A stretch of DNA of 64,000 bases from NCBI RefSeq assembly GCF_964204645.1, contig NC_134026.1:21672150-21736149 (forward strand). Reading direction: 5' to 3'. The stretch is from Tubulanus polymorphus. Its lineage: Eukaryota > Animalia > Nemertea. The notes below the pieces were generated by a model. The model did no database searches and was not told where the DNA came from. It saw nothing but the letters and a program-made list of their open reading frames with translations. Positions 42,043 through 53,725 of the stretch are shown piece by piece; the stretch's first letter is position 1, and each line of letters starts with the position of its first letter. Made by a program: the position numbers and the translations under genes.

Positions 42043-45000
42043 TCACTGATTTGAACTGCGTAGCGGTAATTTCGAACGCGGGGCACTTTTCGGCGTCGCC
42101 GCATTAGTTTTCTTTTTTGGTGTCCGAGTTGACGAAGCGATTCGAGCTTTTTTCACTGGCGCTACGGTGGCAACCTTCTCTTTCTGGGCGATTTCTATGT
42201 TTTCTTTCGATTCAACATCGGCGAGCTGGAATAATACAAAGATCGGGTTACAAAATTTGCCAATATAAGAGATGGTGATCTTAATGGTAATCATTCCATT
42301 CATTTCAAATGATAAAATCAAATTGTTACCCGTAGATCTTCACAACTGAAGCCAATTGTATCGGCAATAGCAGAATCAGCTGTAGAGTCCTACAAAATCA
42401 TCAAGTACAAACATCAATAGACTGAAATAGTGACATGAAGCATTGCTGCAGGTGCAAAATGACGATTGCCATTTTTCAAGCAGTCAAGAGTTAAAAGCAG
42501 ACTAATACCAGTAAGTATTTACCAGACCAATTGATCAAAAATGATTTAGGCCATTAACAGAGAAGTACATACTTAGTGTCAGTTCCAAGTTGCTTCCAGT
42601 TGACACATTACTTCCAGTTCACTGGGGAAATGTACTAAGTGCCATGGAACTGGTGCCAAGTGTGCCAAATTTCATTAATCAAACAACAAATTTACCTTAG
42701 AAATACTAGCTTCACTAGCTACACTTTCTTCACTCGACGAATTCTGAAGAAGATATAAAGGTAATCATTTTCATCTTTTAAATAATTCCATCGCATGGGT
42801 CAAATTTTACGCACAGGGATCATTCATATTTATTACGTACGCATGAAATTTGACTTTTTCATCCCCCCCCTTCCTGTACGCAAAATTTCCATATACATAA
42901 AGCATAACAGTACGCAATTGCAATGACTCCTCCCCTAATGCGTATTTAATAAATGAATGATCCCAGAATCAAATTGAAATCCAATTCTATCTATTACTAA
43001 CCAGTAAACTATAATCGCTATCCTCTGGTAACGGCACCGTCGTCGCCTGGTTCAGATTCTCCTCTTGCATCATTTTGTGGAATTGACCGAGCAAAATATC
43101 GTGAGGCTGCGTTTTGACGATTCGTTTCGGGTACGGGAACTCGCGTCGAACGGGAGTCGTGCCGGTCGGCACGTCTTTCATCAGTTCCTCCGTGACGAAT
43201 CGCTCCACGTTTGCGCCTTGATATTTCACCGATTGCGACGTTCGCGCGGCGAAATCGCCCGCGCTAGATTCGTGCTCCGCGACAGAGTGCCGCAATTGAT
43301 CGACGTTCTCTTCGTGGTATTCCTGTTGCATGGACATCAGACTGATAATCTCCACCGTTCGACTAGAACTATTCGATGCAAGCTCCTAAAGTGAGAAATA
43401 TTCGAAGTAAGAAATAGAACTCGGGCCGAACTAGGGGTCCAGGGATACATAATGCCTGTTTGTTTACCTGACAATCAGTAGAGAGCTGTTCATTCATTGT
43501 TTCTAATGTCGAGCTGTATTCATTTACTGAAGCTAATAGATCATCCGTATGCCGAGTGCAACTCTGAAATAATCAAAAAAATTTTTCAAAAATTATTTAC
43601 CAGCTCATCTTAATACTGTAAATAATGGCAAATCAAAATTAGGCTAAACAAAAATGATACCTTGTTTCTCCACAGCGGCCGGGTCATTTTTGTAAAATAT
43701 GATAAAATTTATAAACAGTTCATTTCTATAGCGGCCGGGTCTGTTACGGTAAAATTGATCACGATTTTAAAAAAAGTAATGTATAGGGTAGATAGGCGGC
43801 CGGCCGGGTCAACATTTAAGCTCAGCAGAGCGGAGAAACAAGGTATCAATTTTTTTTTAGCCTTATTTAACAAACCTCTTCTTGTTGCTTCAATAGATTT
43901 GACACAGCAGATTCAACTTCACATTTTGACTCTTCTAATTGACTAGTTAATTCTTCAACCTAAAAAACCATACAGATAATCTTATTCATGTAACAATGCA
44001 CTTATATTGTTCTTTCAATCGAATAAAATTTGTCATCCTACTACAGTTCAAGCACTAAATCTACCCTCTGTAACTCTTGAGAAAATATCAAACTTGCAGA
44101 GTTTTTTTTTTCAATTTCAAGACGTAGCGACAATACGATAAAGCTTTTTCATCGAACATTTATTTATTACTAATTCCTGCAATAAGTCTTGGCCAACACG
44201 CGTTGATCACTGTGCATTTTAAAACGTCAAAGCTGGCTGTGATATGGACAATACACAAACTACACAGTCACAGCCAACTTAAACATTTCGAAAATTTGCA
44301 CCACCTCTTTTATGCCTGGAGTCACAGTTTCGTAGATATCAAAATGCGTCAAAGCAGGCTGTGATATGAAATAACACATAACACAAACACAACCATGTTT
44401 AACGTATCAAAATATCCTATTTCTCGAACTTTTTCTGCATCAACCACAGTCTTTAAGTCGTCCATCGTGGGCAGTATTAGTAATCACTGACATCACTTCA
44501 GACGTCTCTATTTTGGAGACCCAATTCGTATTTCCAATATCGAGCGCAGGTTATAATTTTGATCAATTTAACATTATGTTGGTCACAACTACTGAAGTTA
44601 GCTTCACGGCAAACACCATTCTTTATTATTATTATTATCACTTATTTTCCAATCCTGTCATAATAGTCACCGTAAAACGTCAAAGCTGGCTGTGATATGA
44701 TTACACTCAAGTGAAGAGATAATATAGCATACTCACAGTTACCTTTAACGTTTTGAAATGACCAGTTCCTTTATGAAGACGCGCAAGTAGCATTCAAAAG
44801 ACGTCAAAGCTGGCTGTGATATGATATAACCGTACATAATCACAGGTACCTTTAACGCCTCTTAGAAATGCCATCAATTCGTAGGATTCAGACATTCCTC
44901 TAAGACTTTTCATCGTTGAATAGCTTTGTAAATCGTAGCACGTCAAAGCTGGCTGTGATATGACCTGAATTAAACATTGCATACTCACAACCACCTTCAA

Positions 45001-48000
45001 CGCACCACAAAATTACTCTCTAAAAATCCATGTAAAATCTATACAATCACTTTTGCAGCATTCTTACAATTCACTGGTTTTATCTACAGTCCAGACACGG
45101 TCCCTACCGATCAGTCATTCCTGGATATAAGAAGTTTTCAAGGAGAAAATTTCAAATTTTGAGTGTCCATATCACTTAGGTGCCAATTACTGTAGAATCC
45201 TCCTTAATTAGTACTGTTATCTCCGTTAACCGGTTACAAAGTGGTTTTGTAAGCAAATTTGTATCCTTAACACCACTAAACTCAGTTTCTAATTCGGTAA
45301 CTGCTAATGGGATTAAAAAAATTTCTGGTCCGAACTGTACCAAGTTGTTGAGGAATCAAGTTGTAGGAGCCTGCTCGATATCGTGCTAACATTTAACCAA
45401 GCCTAATGATATTAGAGCATATTTTTGATATCGAACATTATCGTTGCGATGGTAGGTAGAACAGAATAATCGCAACACGTCAAAGCAGGCTGTGATATGA
45501 ATAAAGTCTCGACATATTCACAACCAGTTTCAACGCGTCTCGGTTACTATTTCCAATGGCCATGAATTCCAAGAGGAATCGCATTGAACACCGTGTTACA
45601 CCCTAATAAGCTACCTTGGCACGTCAAAGCAGATTGTGATATGGTATGACGAACATATTCACATAATCACAATCAACTTCAACCCGTCAAAATAACCAAA
45701 TCTTCTTTCATGAGAACAGCAATTTCCGACCATAAACTTAATTCATTATCCCGGAAACACTAATAAGTCATAATAACGCGGCATCGAATGCTATTTCAGT
45801 CGACGAAAGTGAAGAAAAGCTTAGAGCATAAAATAGAAACATACCTTCTTTATGTGCGATTGTGTTACCGACTGGTCAATTTGTGATTGCTTTTCATACG
45901 TGCACCTCGCTATGGCAGGATCTTCGTGTACAGTTTTCAATGAACTGAAATTAAGCGGAAGACAAACGTGTTGATTGATTTTCGTTACCACTTGCTTCGT
46001 TCTCAACCACCGAAAAAATGTGCATTTTTAGAAATATTGAAAGAAAACATACCATAAAGTTAACTCTTCCATGTCAGTGACCAACTTTCTCGTTTGTTCG
46101 ACATTCTCGGTGAGCTGTTACACAAGAAGAAATGACATTATCATAAATGGCTATTCAGAAAGTCTAAACAGTTAACAGCAGGACCCAGTTCCACAGCCAT
46201 GAGTTGAGAGTCAACTCTGAGCTCCTTTTCAAATGTTCCACTTATATTTATTTGACTTGCTCTTCCCCCGTCTCTCCTCTGAGATGCAGGTAAGTGGCTA
46301 CCCACTTAAGACTCACCCACCACAACTGTGAACTCAATCATTCAATTAACTTACACCTGCATGTCCTTGCTTTAGATGATTTTGTTGTTCACAAACCATA
46401 TTGTCCAGTAAATCGCTTATTTCCGACATGACTTTCTTTTTAATATTTTGTGCTAGTTCATTATGCGAAGATGTCAATTGCGATGTGAGTTGATTTTGAC
46501 GGTCGAAGCTCTGATTGGACTGCTGTATGTAACTGACAACATGCGATTGTAACGAATCGACTTTTTGCTGTTGGGTTTGTACGAAATTCCTGAGAAAGCT
46601 TTCTTGTCGAGCCATCTGAAAATCATCAAAAATTTCATATTCTAGTTTTTAGTGCCTATTCAGACCTATTCAAGCACGAAAGCTTTTATAGAATTTTAAG
46701 AAAAATCAAATATGTTGATACAAAATGTAGAATGCTGTTATATTACACCTACCTGTTCTTTCACCATTGCACTGAGGTCCTGTAAAGCCTGGTGTTGTCC
46801 ATCAAATCGTCCTTGAATAGTATCCATCAGAGGTTGATAAAGTGTTTGTCTAAAATTGCCCAAATGCGATATCTGACCAGACTAAGAACAAAAAAATAAA
46901 ATTAAAAAAATATTTCATGTTAGAATAAAATTTTTCTATAAAGCATCAGTACGAAATACTTTTCCAAGATTTTACCTGCCGTTGTTGTATTTTATGCGAT
47001 AGACTTTCAGTTGTCTGTTGAAGATTCTGTGAATAGCTTTTGTGATGATTTTGTACGAGATCTTTATGTTGATGAACAGCAATTAGAAGAGTTGACGTAG
47101 CCTCGGATAACGCTTTCATTTCGTCCCTTCGTTCTTGGATACTTGAATCTACATTGCACGAAACCAACCGAGTTGAGAAGTAACAATTGAGATTATGTTT
47201 TTAACCGGGGTCCCTATAGATCAATCACTCCCCCGATACATGTTTCAAAGGAGAAAAATTTCAAGGAAGCGCGGAACGCGAGTACATCAGTGCCTAATTT
47301 CATAAGCAAATTTCCATGCTGGACACTACTAAACTTGGTTTCTACTTCGGAAGCCACCTAATAAGGTATCAAAAAGATCCTGGTTCCAACTGAACTGAAT
47401 TAGGCAAAGTCCAGTGCACAACCACTTCTAAAGTATCTAGTTGCTTATTTCTCAAAATTGAAGGAGTTTTTTTAAAGGAGTTTCTGGCATTTTGCTCAAA
47501 TTAGGACTTTCCACCACCTTCAAAAGCATTTTCTGTTTAAAAGCAGTTTTCAAGGAATCGTATCAAGGAGTCATCTCATAGGGACTGTGAGAAATCATCG
47601 AAAACTGTCACTGGTTATAAACATTCAAAAATTTCAAATGAGCTACAACAAGGTCTATGCAGGAGTGAATGATTTTTACCTAACATGTGCTGCATCGTCC
47701 GACACCAGTCAGTCTGAGATGAGCTGAACGACTGCAGATCCGCATCGATGGTACCGATATCGCTCGTGAACTTCGATAGAAACCGCGTCTGACACGATTC
47801 ATTTTGCGTCTCGACGCTGCGAAACCGGTCGAGTTTAGCGTGAAGACCGATCACATCGGTCGTCGACTCATCGACCGTTTGTAATAACTGCGACAAAAAA
47901 AAAAGAAACACGTTTACACTAACGTTGATACCGGGATTAATCAAAATACTATAAGAATGATCGTAGATAATAAAGAGGGGGTAATCGCACGGAAAAATCC

Positions 48001-51000
48001 TATCTATCCAGTGCAAATCTAGCGAGAGACTTTTCTTCAGGGCTGCTAACCTTTGAAAAGTTCTATCAGTTACAACTGAATTTTTTTAATTGAAATAAAT
48101 ATGTCAGAGAAGATCAAATCAATCAGTATCAATATTAAAGCTCTCAGTAAAATCTTTCATATTTCTATATGCATCAAACAAATCAAATCAGCATTTCTCG
48201 ATCTTACTACATAATTCAAATTCTGGTAGGCCTACTTGAATTCTAATTCTAATTCTAATTGGGAATACACATATGACATTGGGCCAGCGTTGAATATAAT
48301 CACCTCATTAGCTTGTGAATAAAGTGTCTTCTCGGTTTTCACGTGTTCGTTGACGAGATGTTTTTGAGCGTTGCGTTCGTAAATCGTCGTTTGCAGTTTC
48401 GTTTTCGTTTTGTCGAGCGTTTTCGTCGTCTGTTCCAAATTCACAGTCGTCGTGTGCAGCTGTTCGGTCATTTCGTCCAATTCCGCTTTCGTTATATTGA
48501 ATAGATCGGTAATCTTCAAGAATTCGTCGGTCGTCAATTTGATCTTCTCTTCCAGGTCGATTATCACGTCGCGTTGTTGAGAAATTTTTGTGGTCATTTC
48601 GCTGCAAATCAAATCAACGCAAAATGTTTTAACTAGAAATATTTTGATCCGATGATCAAACTTGACCCGTACTCCTAGAGAAGATGTTATGCCCTATGAA
48701 AGAGCAAATACGATCAACTTACTTGTAATTTTCGGTATCCAAATAAATTCCATTCTTTTCTCTGGCGGCTAGCAAATCTTTCCTCAACTTTTCGAGCTCT
48801 TCTGTGTATTCCTACAGTAAGTGTACATTGACATTCATTAGGATCCCGTCGAACAAAAAAATTCTGGATCCAGTTCCACAGTTCTGAGTGTAGATTCGAC
48901 TCCCCAAGTTATAACATTGAAAATTAACTAATTTCAACTCTGTCGTTAAAGCTTAACTCACACTGTGGAACTGGGTCCAGGGAACCGGGCTAAATTGAAA
49001 ATATAAGATTAGTAGAGATAAAAGTAAGTGATATAGGCATTACACGATCCACATTACACACCTTCAATAATGTTTTCTTCGATAATTTCTGATTAACCTC
49101 CGGTCGATTGGTAATATTCTTAGCTCTGTAAGCGTAATCAAGCGTGCTCAACGTTTCCTTTAAAAATAAATCAGATAAACAATCAATACCTAGACTGTGT
49201 AAACGTGTTTCTAAAATAAATGGCCAGCTACGTACTTCTAGGTTAGCCGATGCCGGGGAGATAGTGGCGATGATGGACGTTTTAGTTCGTCCTCCAAGGG
49301 AATCTTGAAGCAATCTCGTCAGTTTACTCTCCCTGAAACAAGAACCAAGCTACATGTAGAGTGGAACCTTCAGGAGACCTGAAAATCTTGTTCCAATATG
49401 ATAGATAACAGGGACTCTCATCACAGATGATGTTCTGTATCAAATTTTCTTAATTCATTGAAGTCTAGTTTGTTATTGCAAATGAAACTTAATTTCATGT
49501 CGCAACTGGCCAAGCTTTTGATGCCTACCTGTACGGAACGTGTGGCGCGTGTTCCACAAGAGCCGTTATAACGCGTCCCAGGGTCAACAGACTCTGATTG
49601 ATATTACCAGCTTCGCGAGCTTGTTTGTTGATCGCTCCCGACCGTCCGATATTTTCACTACCAGCAAGATCGACCTAAGCATGGAAAATTAACTAAATTG
49701 TTACTGGTGGCAGACCTTAATTGGAGTCAACTTTATCTCAACTTTGGGATTGATTTTTTGGAAGCATGGCTTATAAACATACCAGATTCAGTTTCCCAGT
49801 TTTCAACAGTTCTTCGCCTTCAATGTTGTTCTCTTTTATGTGGATCGTCACAGAGAAAATTGTGTGCGAGCGACTGTAATGAAGACGAAACCTTTATGTT
49901 TTTTCTTACAAACGAAGCTTTTCCTAATCACACGATGTTGGCCATCATCATATAATGGATGCAAATTTTCCTGGACTTTTAGGGGAGACGAACCTGGATC
50001 GTGCATTCATAAGCGTCTCCGCGGTGCGCCTCTTGTGCGCTCCTTTTTCGAGTATCTGATAAACTTCATCCTTGTTGTGCACGACAACTTCATCCAGTCC
50101 TTGGATAACGACCGACCCCTATTGAAAATCAATAAACAACCATCTCAGCATTTTTAAGCCTTAAATTGACGAAAGGTTCAACAACCGAATCGATTTCAGA
50201 CCTTTCTGGCGGAATCTTCGAAAATCCGTAATCGCAACGAGTCGTCTTGATTTTTCAACAAGTCAAAAAGCTCTTCATTGTACAATTCCATGTATGAGAC
50301 GCGAACTGAGTATTCTATATCCTGAAATAGAAGATCAATGATGTTTGATATAATGAAGTAATTTTTTTGCAATTTAATCCCCTGCGGTTCCTGCTCACCA
50401 AGGATTACACTATAAACCATGAGCCGGTTCCATAGTTATGGTTTAGACTTTTAAGACCAATCTAAGACCATTTTAATTCTTTTATAGCTAATCTAACAGC
50501 ATAAAATAAAACCAATCTAAAGATTTTAAAATCACTTTTGGATTTTTGTCTCAACTATGGAACTGGCAACAGATTATTGCATCGTATTATATCATTATTT
50601 TTACATAAGAAGCATTATTTCCAATAGCTAGATTAGAAAACAATTTAAGACACGTTTTCGTTAATGGCACTTTCCTTCAGACCTGAACACTATTCATATT
50701 GTACTAATTTTAGTGTAACTTATTAGTAGGCCGATTGAGCATTGTTGATTAGATTTTCACGGACCTTTTTGGGACTGTTATTCCTTACCCAAAATATGTT
50801 TAGGACACCTAGAAGTGTACAGTCACCAGGATTTTGAATCCAAGAACACCGGATTTACCAGACTATGATGCTCAAGACAATTTAAAATCACTCTTTAAAC
50901 CATTTCTGTCAGATAGATATCCATACGACCATGGTTCGCACAGTAATATGAATTCAAAATTCCCAAGTATTTCATGGGTGATTTTTCAATTTTCCCAAAT

Positions 51001-52728
51001 GCAAATGCACACATATCGTCATGCTACAGTCAACATATTAGCGGTGACTGGTTAATAAAGGTGATTTTCAAGGGAAACTGCTGAAGAAAGTTGCCCTTGG
51101 CAAATGCAATTTGTGAAATGTAATGAATTTTCCAAATACTTCCCTGATATGAGGAAGATTTTTCAAATTCCCAAATATTTCCAAACCGGGAATTATTATT
51201 TAAAAATTCCCAAGTTTTCCCAATTTCCCTGTTCTGTGGGAACCATGTACGACAGAGTTATGTCAAAATCTTTTACCTGTTGTTGAAGGCGATGAAACAA
51301 CTGATTCATTGTTCTTGGCACGATACCAGCTAGAGGGTCGTCCTCCCAGGATAAATCACAATCAGGACTTCTTTCACCTTCCATCGTAAAAGTTTTACCG
51401 GTTCCAGTCTGCCCGTATCTACCAGAAAAACGACATGGATAAATATTAACTTGTTAACTTTATGGTCTTTCTCCACAAATTGTAATTGCAATTGTAAATC
51501 AATAAAGCTAACAGACAGCATAACCCATAGGATGTACATGTATCAATACAATGACAATTGATCTCAGGGATGAAAATGGCCCATATTGAAAGTCGGAAAA
51601 TATTTTCAAAAAAAAAAAGAATTTTTTTAGGGAACAAAAATCAGTAACTTTTAGCCAAAAAACTTACTTCCTTTTGGTCAAAATGTTAATAGTTTGGGCC
51701 TGAATTATAGCCGCTTTTTGAATGAGACGCCATATTGGTTTCTCCGACTCCACAGTTGTACTAACAACTGCCAAAAACCGTCTTAAGGAGCGCTCCGATG
51801 TGACGCCCGCGATTGAGGTGATTAAAGCGATTGAGGTGATTTACACTGTTCTCAGGAACAAAGAAAATGTTACAAAAGGTCGGAAATCTGTCTATGGTCG
51901 GAAGATTTTCATCCCTGTGATCTACTCTCAAACATTTTTCTTAATAAAATCCTCGGCTCATAACTTACGCAAATATGGTGCAGTTATATCCGAGCAGAAC
52001 TTCATCGAGAATTGGTAAAACTACTGATTTGTAGAGTTCGATTTGTTTCGAATTCGGTCCGAACACTTTGTCGAACGTGAATGTCTTCGACGTCGACGCC
52101 AGATGAGGCTTCTCTTGTATGAAGATTTCCTTCTTATCGGGCCGACATTCAATGACCGAAAAACATCCATTTTTTCGCTCATAGTTGTTCATAGGTCTGA
52201 AAATTGACAAAACGAATATAGTTACACAATATTTCGGATTCGAAAATCGTTGGGAGAATTTTCCGAAACGCGGATTGTATCGGGCACATGTTTCACAAAG
52301 TCAGACACAAAGAATCAGGGAAATCGAATGAAGTTTTGCCAATCCACAGAAAATTTTCTCAATGTCGTTAATAGTGACAAGTATCAGGTCGGAATCTATT
52401 CCGATAGTTATAAAGGCAGGTTTTGGATTTCTTCCAACCCTCAAGTGCATTCTTATGGATCGAATTCCGTGGTTGTGGGTAAGAGTTAACTCATGAATTG
52501 AAATTAGTTCATTTTCGATGAGTTAACTCAGGGTCAAATCATCACTCAGAATTGTGGACCCGGGCAACGGTGCTTTATTTTGGAACAGAATATACACTAG
52601 ACATATTCCAAAGTTGGAATATGTGTTAATCAAAACCTGCCTAGGTCCAGAAACTTTGAAACTGACCTGCATCGCACAACTGAATGAATGTGCTGATTCT
52701 TTTCTTTTTCCTGTCTTCTCGGGGCCAT
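42043..52728 (-). CDS. KIF11: Kinesin-5 (KIF11/Eg5/BimC family) mitotic motor, 23 coding exons, ~1093 aa
   Basis: Exons: 52667-52728, 51969-52196, 51277-51418 ([10 protein letters not shown]-loop), 50202-50321, 49994-50118, 49783-49873 (SRSH), 49529-49674 (DLAGSE...HVPYR), 49236-49332, 49062-49157, 48723-48811, 48304-48601, 47680-47887, 46976-47148, 46753-46881, 46355-46615, 46053-46114, 45845-45944, 43876-43959, 43468-43563, 43002-43385 (BimC box PTGTTPVRR), 42696-42743, 42330-42389, 42043-42225 (KEN box, KLPLR tail). Total 3282 nt, all phases consistent. Confidence 0.96.
42816..42964. mobile_element. MITE
   Basis: gggatcattcat..ttatta / taataaatgaatgatccc; a similar element lies at ~41010-41338. 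Confidence 0.55.
43642..43862. mobile_element. Harbinger/ISL2EU-like MITE
   Basis: ggctaaacaaaaatgataccttgtttctcc / ggagaaacaaggtatcaatttttttttagcc with TTA duplication; internal cggccgggtc x3. Confidence 0.7.
44212..44300 (-). ncRNA. mir-2: pre-miR-2 family hairpin 1 (mature 3p TATCACAGCCAGCTTTGACG)
   Basis: Plus-strand cgtcaaagctggctgtgata at 44225-44244 is the reverse complement of miR-2. Complementary star arm tcacagccaacttaaac at ~44268-44284. Confidence 0.9.
44335..44416 (-). ncRNA. mir-2: pre-miR-2 family hairpin 2 (TATCACAGCCTGCTTTGACG)
   Basis: Core 44347-44366; star arm cacaaccatgtttaacgta; closing stem gatat/atatc. Confidence 0.87.
44666..44762 (-). ncRNA. mir-2: pre-miR-2 family hairpin 3 (TATCACAGCCAGCTTTGACG)
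   Basis: Core 44678-44697; star arm tcacagttacctttaacgtttt; lower stem gtca/tgac. Confidence 0.87.
44790..44871 (-). ncRNA. mir-2: pre-miR-2 family hairpin 4 (TATCACAGCCAGCTTTGACG)
   Basis: Core 44802-44821; star arm atcacaggtacctttaacgcct; lower stem gcatt/aatgc. Confidence 0.88.
44928..45016 (-). ncRNA. mir-2: pre-miR-2 family hairpin 5 (TATCACAGCCAGCTTTGACG)
   Basis: Core 44941-44960; star arm tcacaaccaccttcaacgcac; lower stem gtaa/ttac. Confidence 0.87.
45085..45365. repeat. Interspersed repeat inside the miR-2 cluster
   Basis: ggtcccta..gatca..ggagaaaa..aagcaaattt..cactaaact..gtttcta is also found at ~47204-47400. Confidence 0.5.
45466..45547 (-). ncRNA. mir-2: pre-miR-2 family hairpin 6 (TATCACAGCCTGCTTTGACG)
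   Basis: Core 45478-45497; star arm tcacaaccagtttcaacgcgt. Confidence 0.87.
45610..45696 (-). ncRNA. mir-2: pre-miR-2 family hairpin 7, seed variant (TATCACAATCTGCTTTGACG)
   Basis: Core cgtcaaagcagattgtgata 45622-45641; star arm atcacaatcaacttcaac carries matching changes that keep pairing. Confidence 0.8.
48867..48977. mobile_element. Palindromic MITE related to family B
   Basis: ccagttccacagt / actgtggaactgg arms, CWG flanks; relatives near 46180, 50420 and 52420. Confidence 0.65.
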
Positions 52729-53599
52729 ATTGTTGTCGTTGTTGCCGTTAGATATCAGTAATAAAAGCGACTACGATTTCTTCTTTCTTTCTACTCGTAT
52801 CATATCATTATCAAATAACCCTGCAAATACAAGATTTTATTTTTACAATAATGAGTATAATTTCGATTCTCAAAAGGCAATATAAATCCCATTTTACTTC
52901 ATCAGTTCAGCGAACTTAGAATTCGATGATTAAATATGATTTCTTTACAACTTTTACATATTTTCCTGCATTTTCATGTGTATGCAAAGAATAAAGATGG
53001 GACTGGCAATTAATGAAAAAATATCTCTCTTCTTCTGATGATGGCTAAAGTAAATGTGTCAACTTAAAAATCATTCACTCTTTCACATAGCCTATTTACT
53101 TCTACTAATAATAATATCGACAGAGAAAGTTTCTCAGAAAAAAATGTCGGTTTTTTCTTCTAGAAATAAAATGTCCTCGATCCAAGCCTAACAAACATAA
53201 CACTAACAGCCAAAAGTTAGAACTTTCACCATACACGACTAACTACAGTCGAAAATTACTGTCCAGTTTGAATAATTATTAAATACCTCTCCAGTTTGAG
53301 CATAAAAATTGCGCTCAAACGGATGACAAAATTATCCATCATTTTTAAATCACCCGCTCCCGCTCCTTCCGTCCGGGGATCTGCAGCCAACCGCCATTTT
53401 TATTTTTTCCGTGGGAGGAAAGAGAAAAAGATGCGAACAAATTTCATCGTCTTCGAGTCAACTGTCGAACGTTCGTCAATAATTTGACCGACATAACTAG
53501 CGCAATTAGTTGCTCAAACTTTCTGTTGTATTTCATTTGATATTCATTAAACGAAAATCGGTAAAATAACACTTACAAATTGCTAAATTCGCTGGTCGC

Positions 53600-53725
53600 T
53601 TCGCCGTCTTTCTTTGGTGGTTCCGAATTTTTGAAAATGGTGCCGCAAAAGCTCTCAGCCAATGACAGCGACTGTCACTTACTTAAGGCGCCACCTGTCA
53701 GCGATCGACGGAAGTAGTCGAGTTC
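53600..53725 (-). promoter_or_regulatory. Putative KIF11 promoter with CHR (TTTGAA), E2F/CDE-like and CCAAT elements
   Basis: TTTGAA 53630-53635, GCCGCAAAA 53642-53650, CCAAT 53659-53663, next to a probable non-coding first exon (donor gtaagt at 53571-53576; acceptor near 52821). Confidence 0.55.

Noticed and set aside
44225-45641. CRISPR-like array (20-nt repeats with unique spacers)
   Set aside because: It lies in an animal intron with no cas genes, spacing is irregular (122-537 nt), and each repeat is a miR-2 mature sequence with its own star arm.
45690-45712. Possible miR-71 at the head of the cluster (minus strand TGAAAGAAG...)
   Set aside because: Only TGAAAGA matches. The rest does not resemble TGAAAGACATGGGTAGTG and I saw no convincing hairpin.
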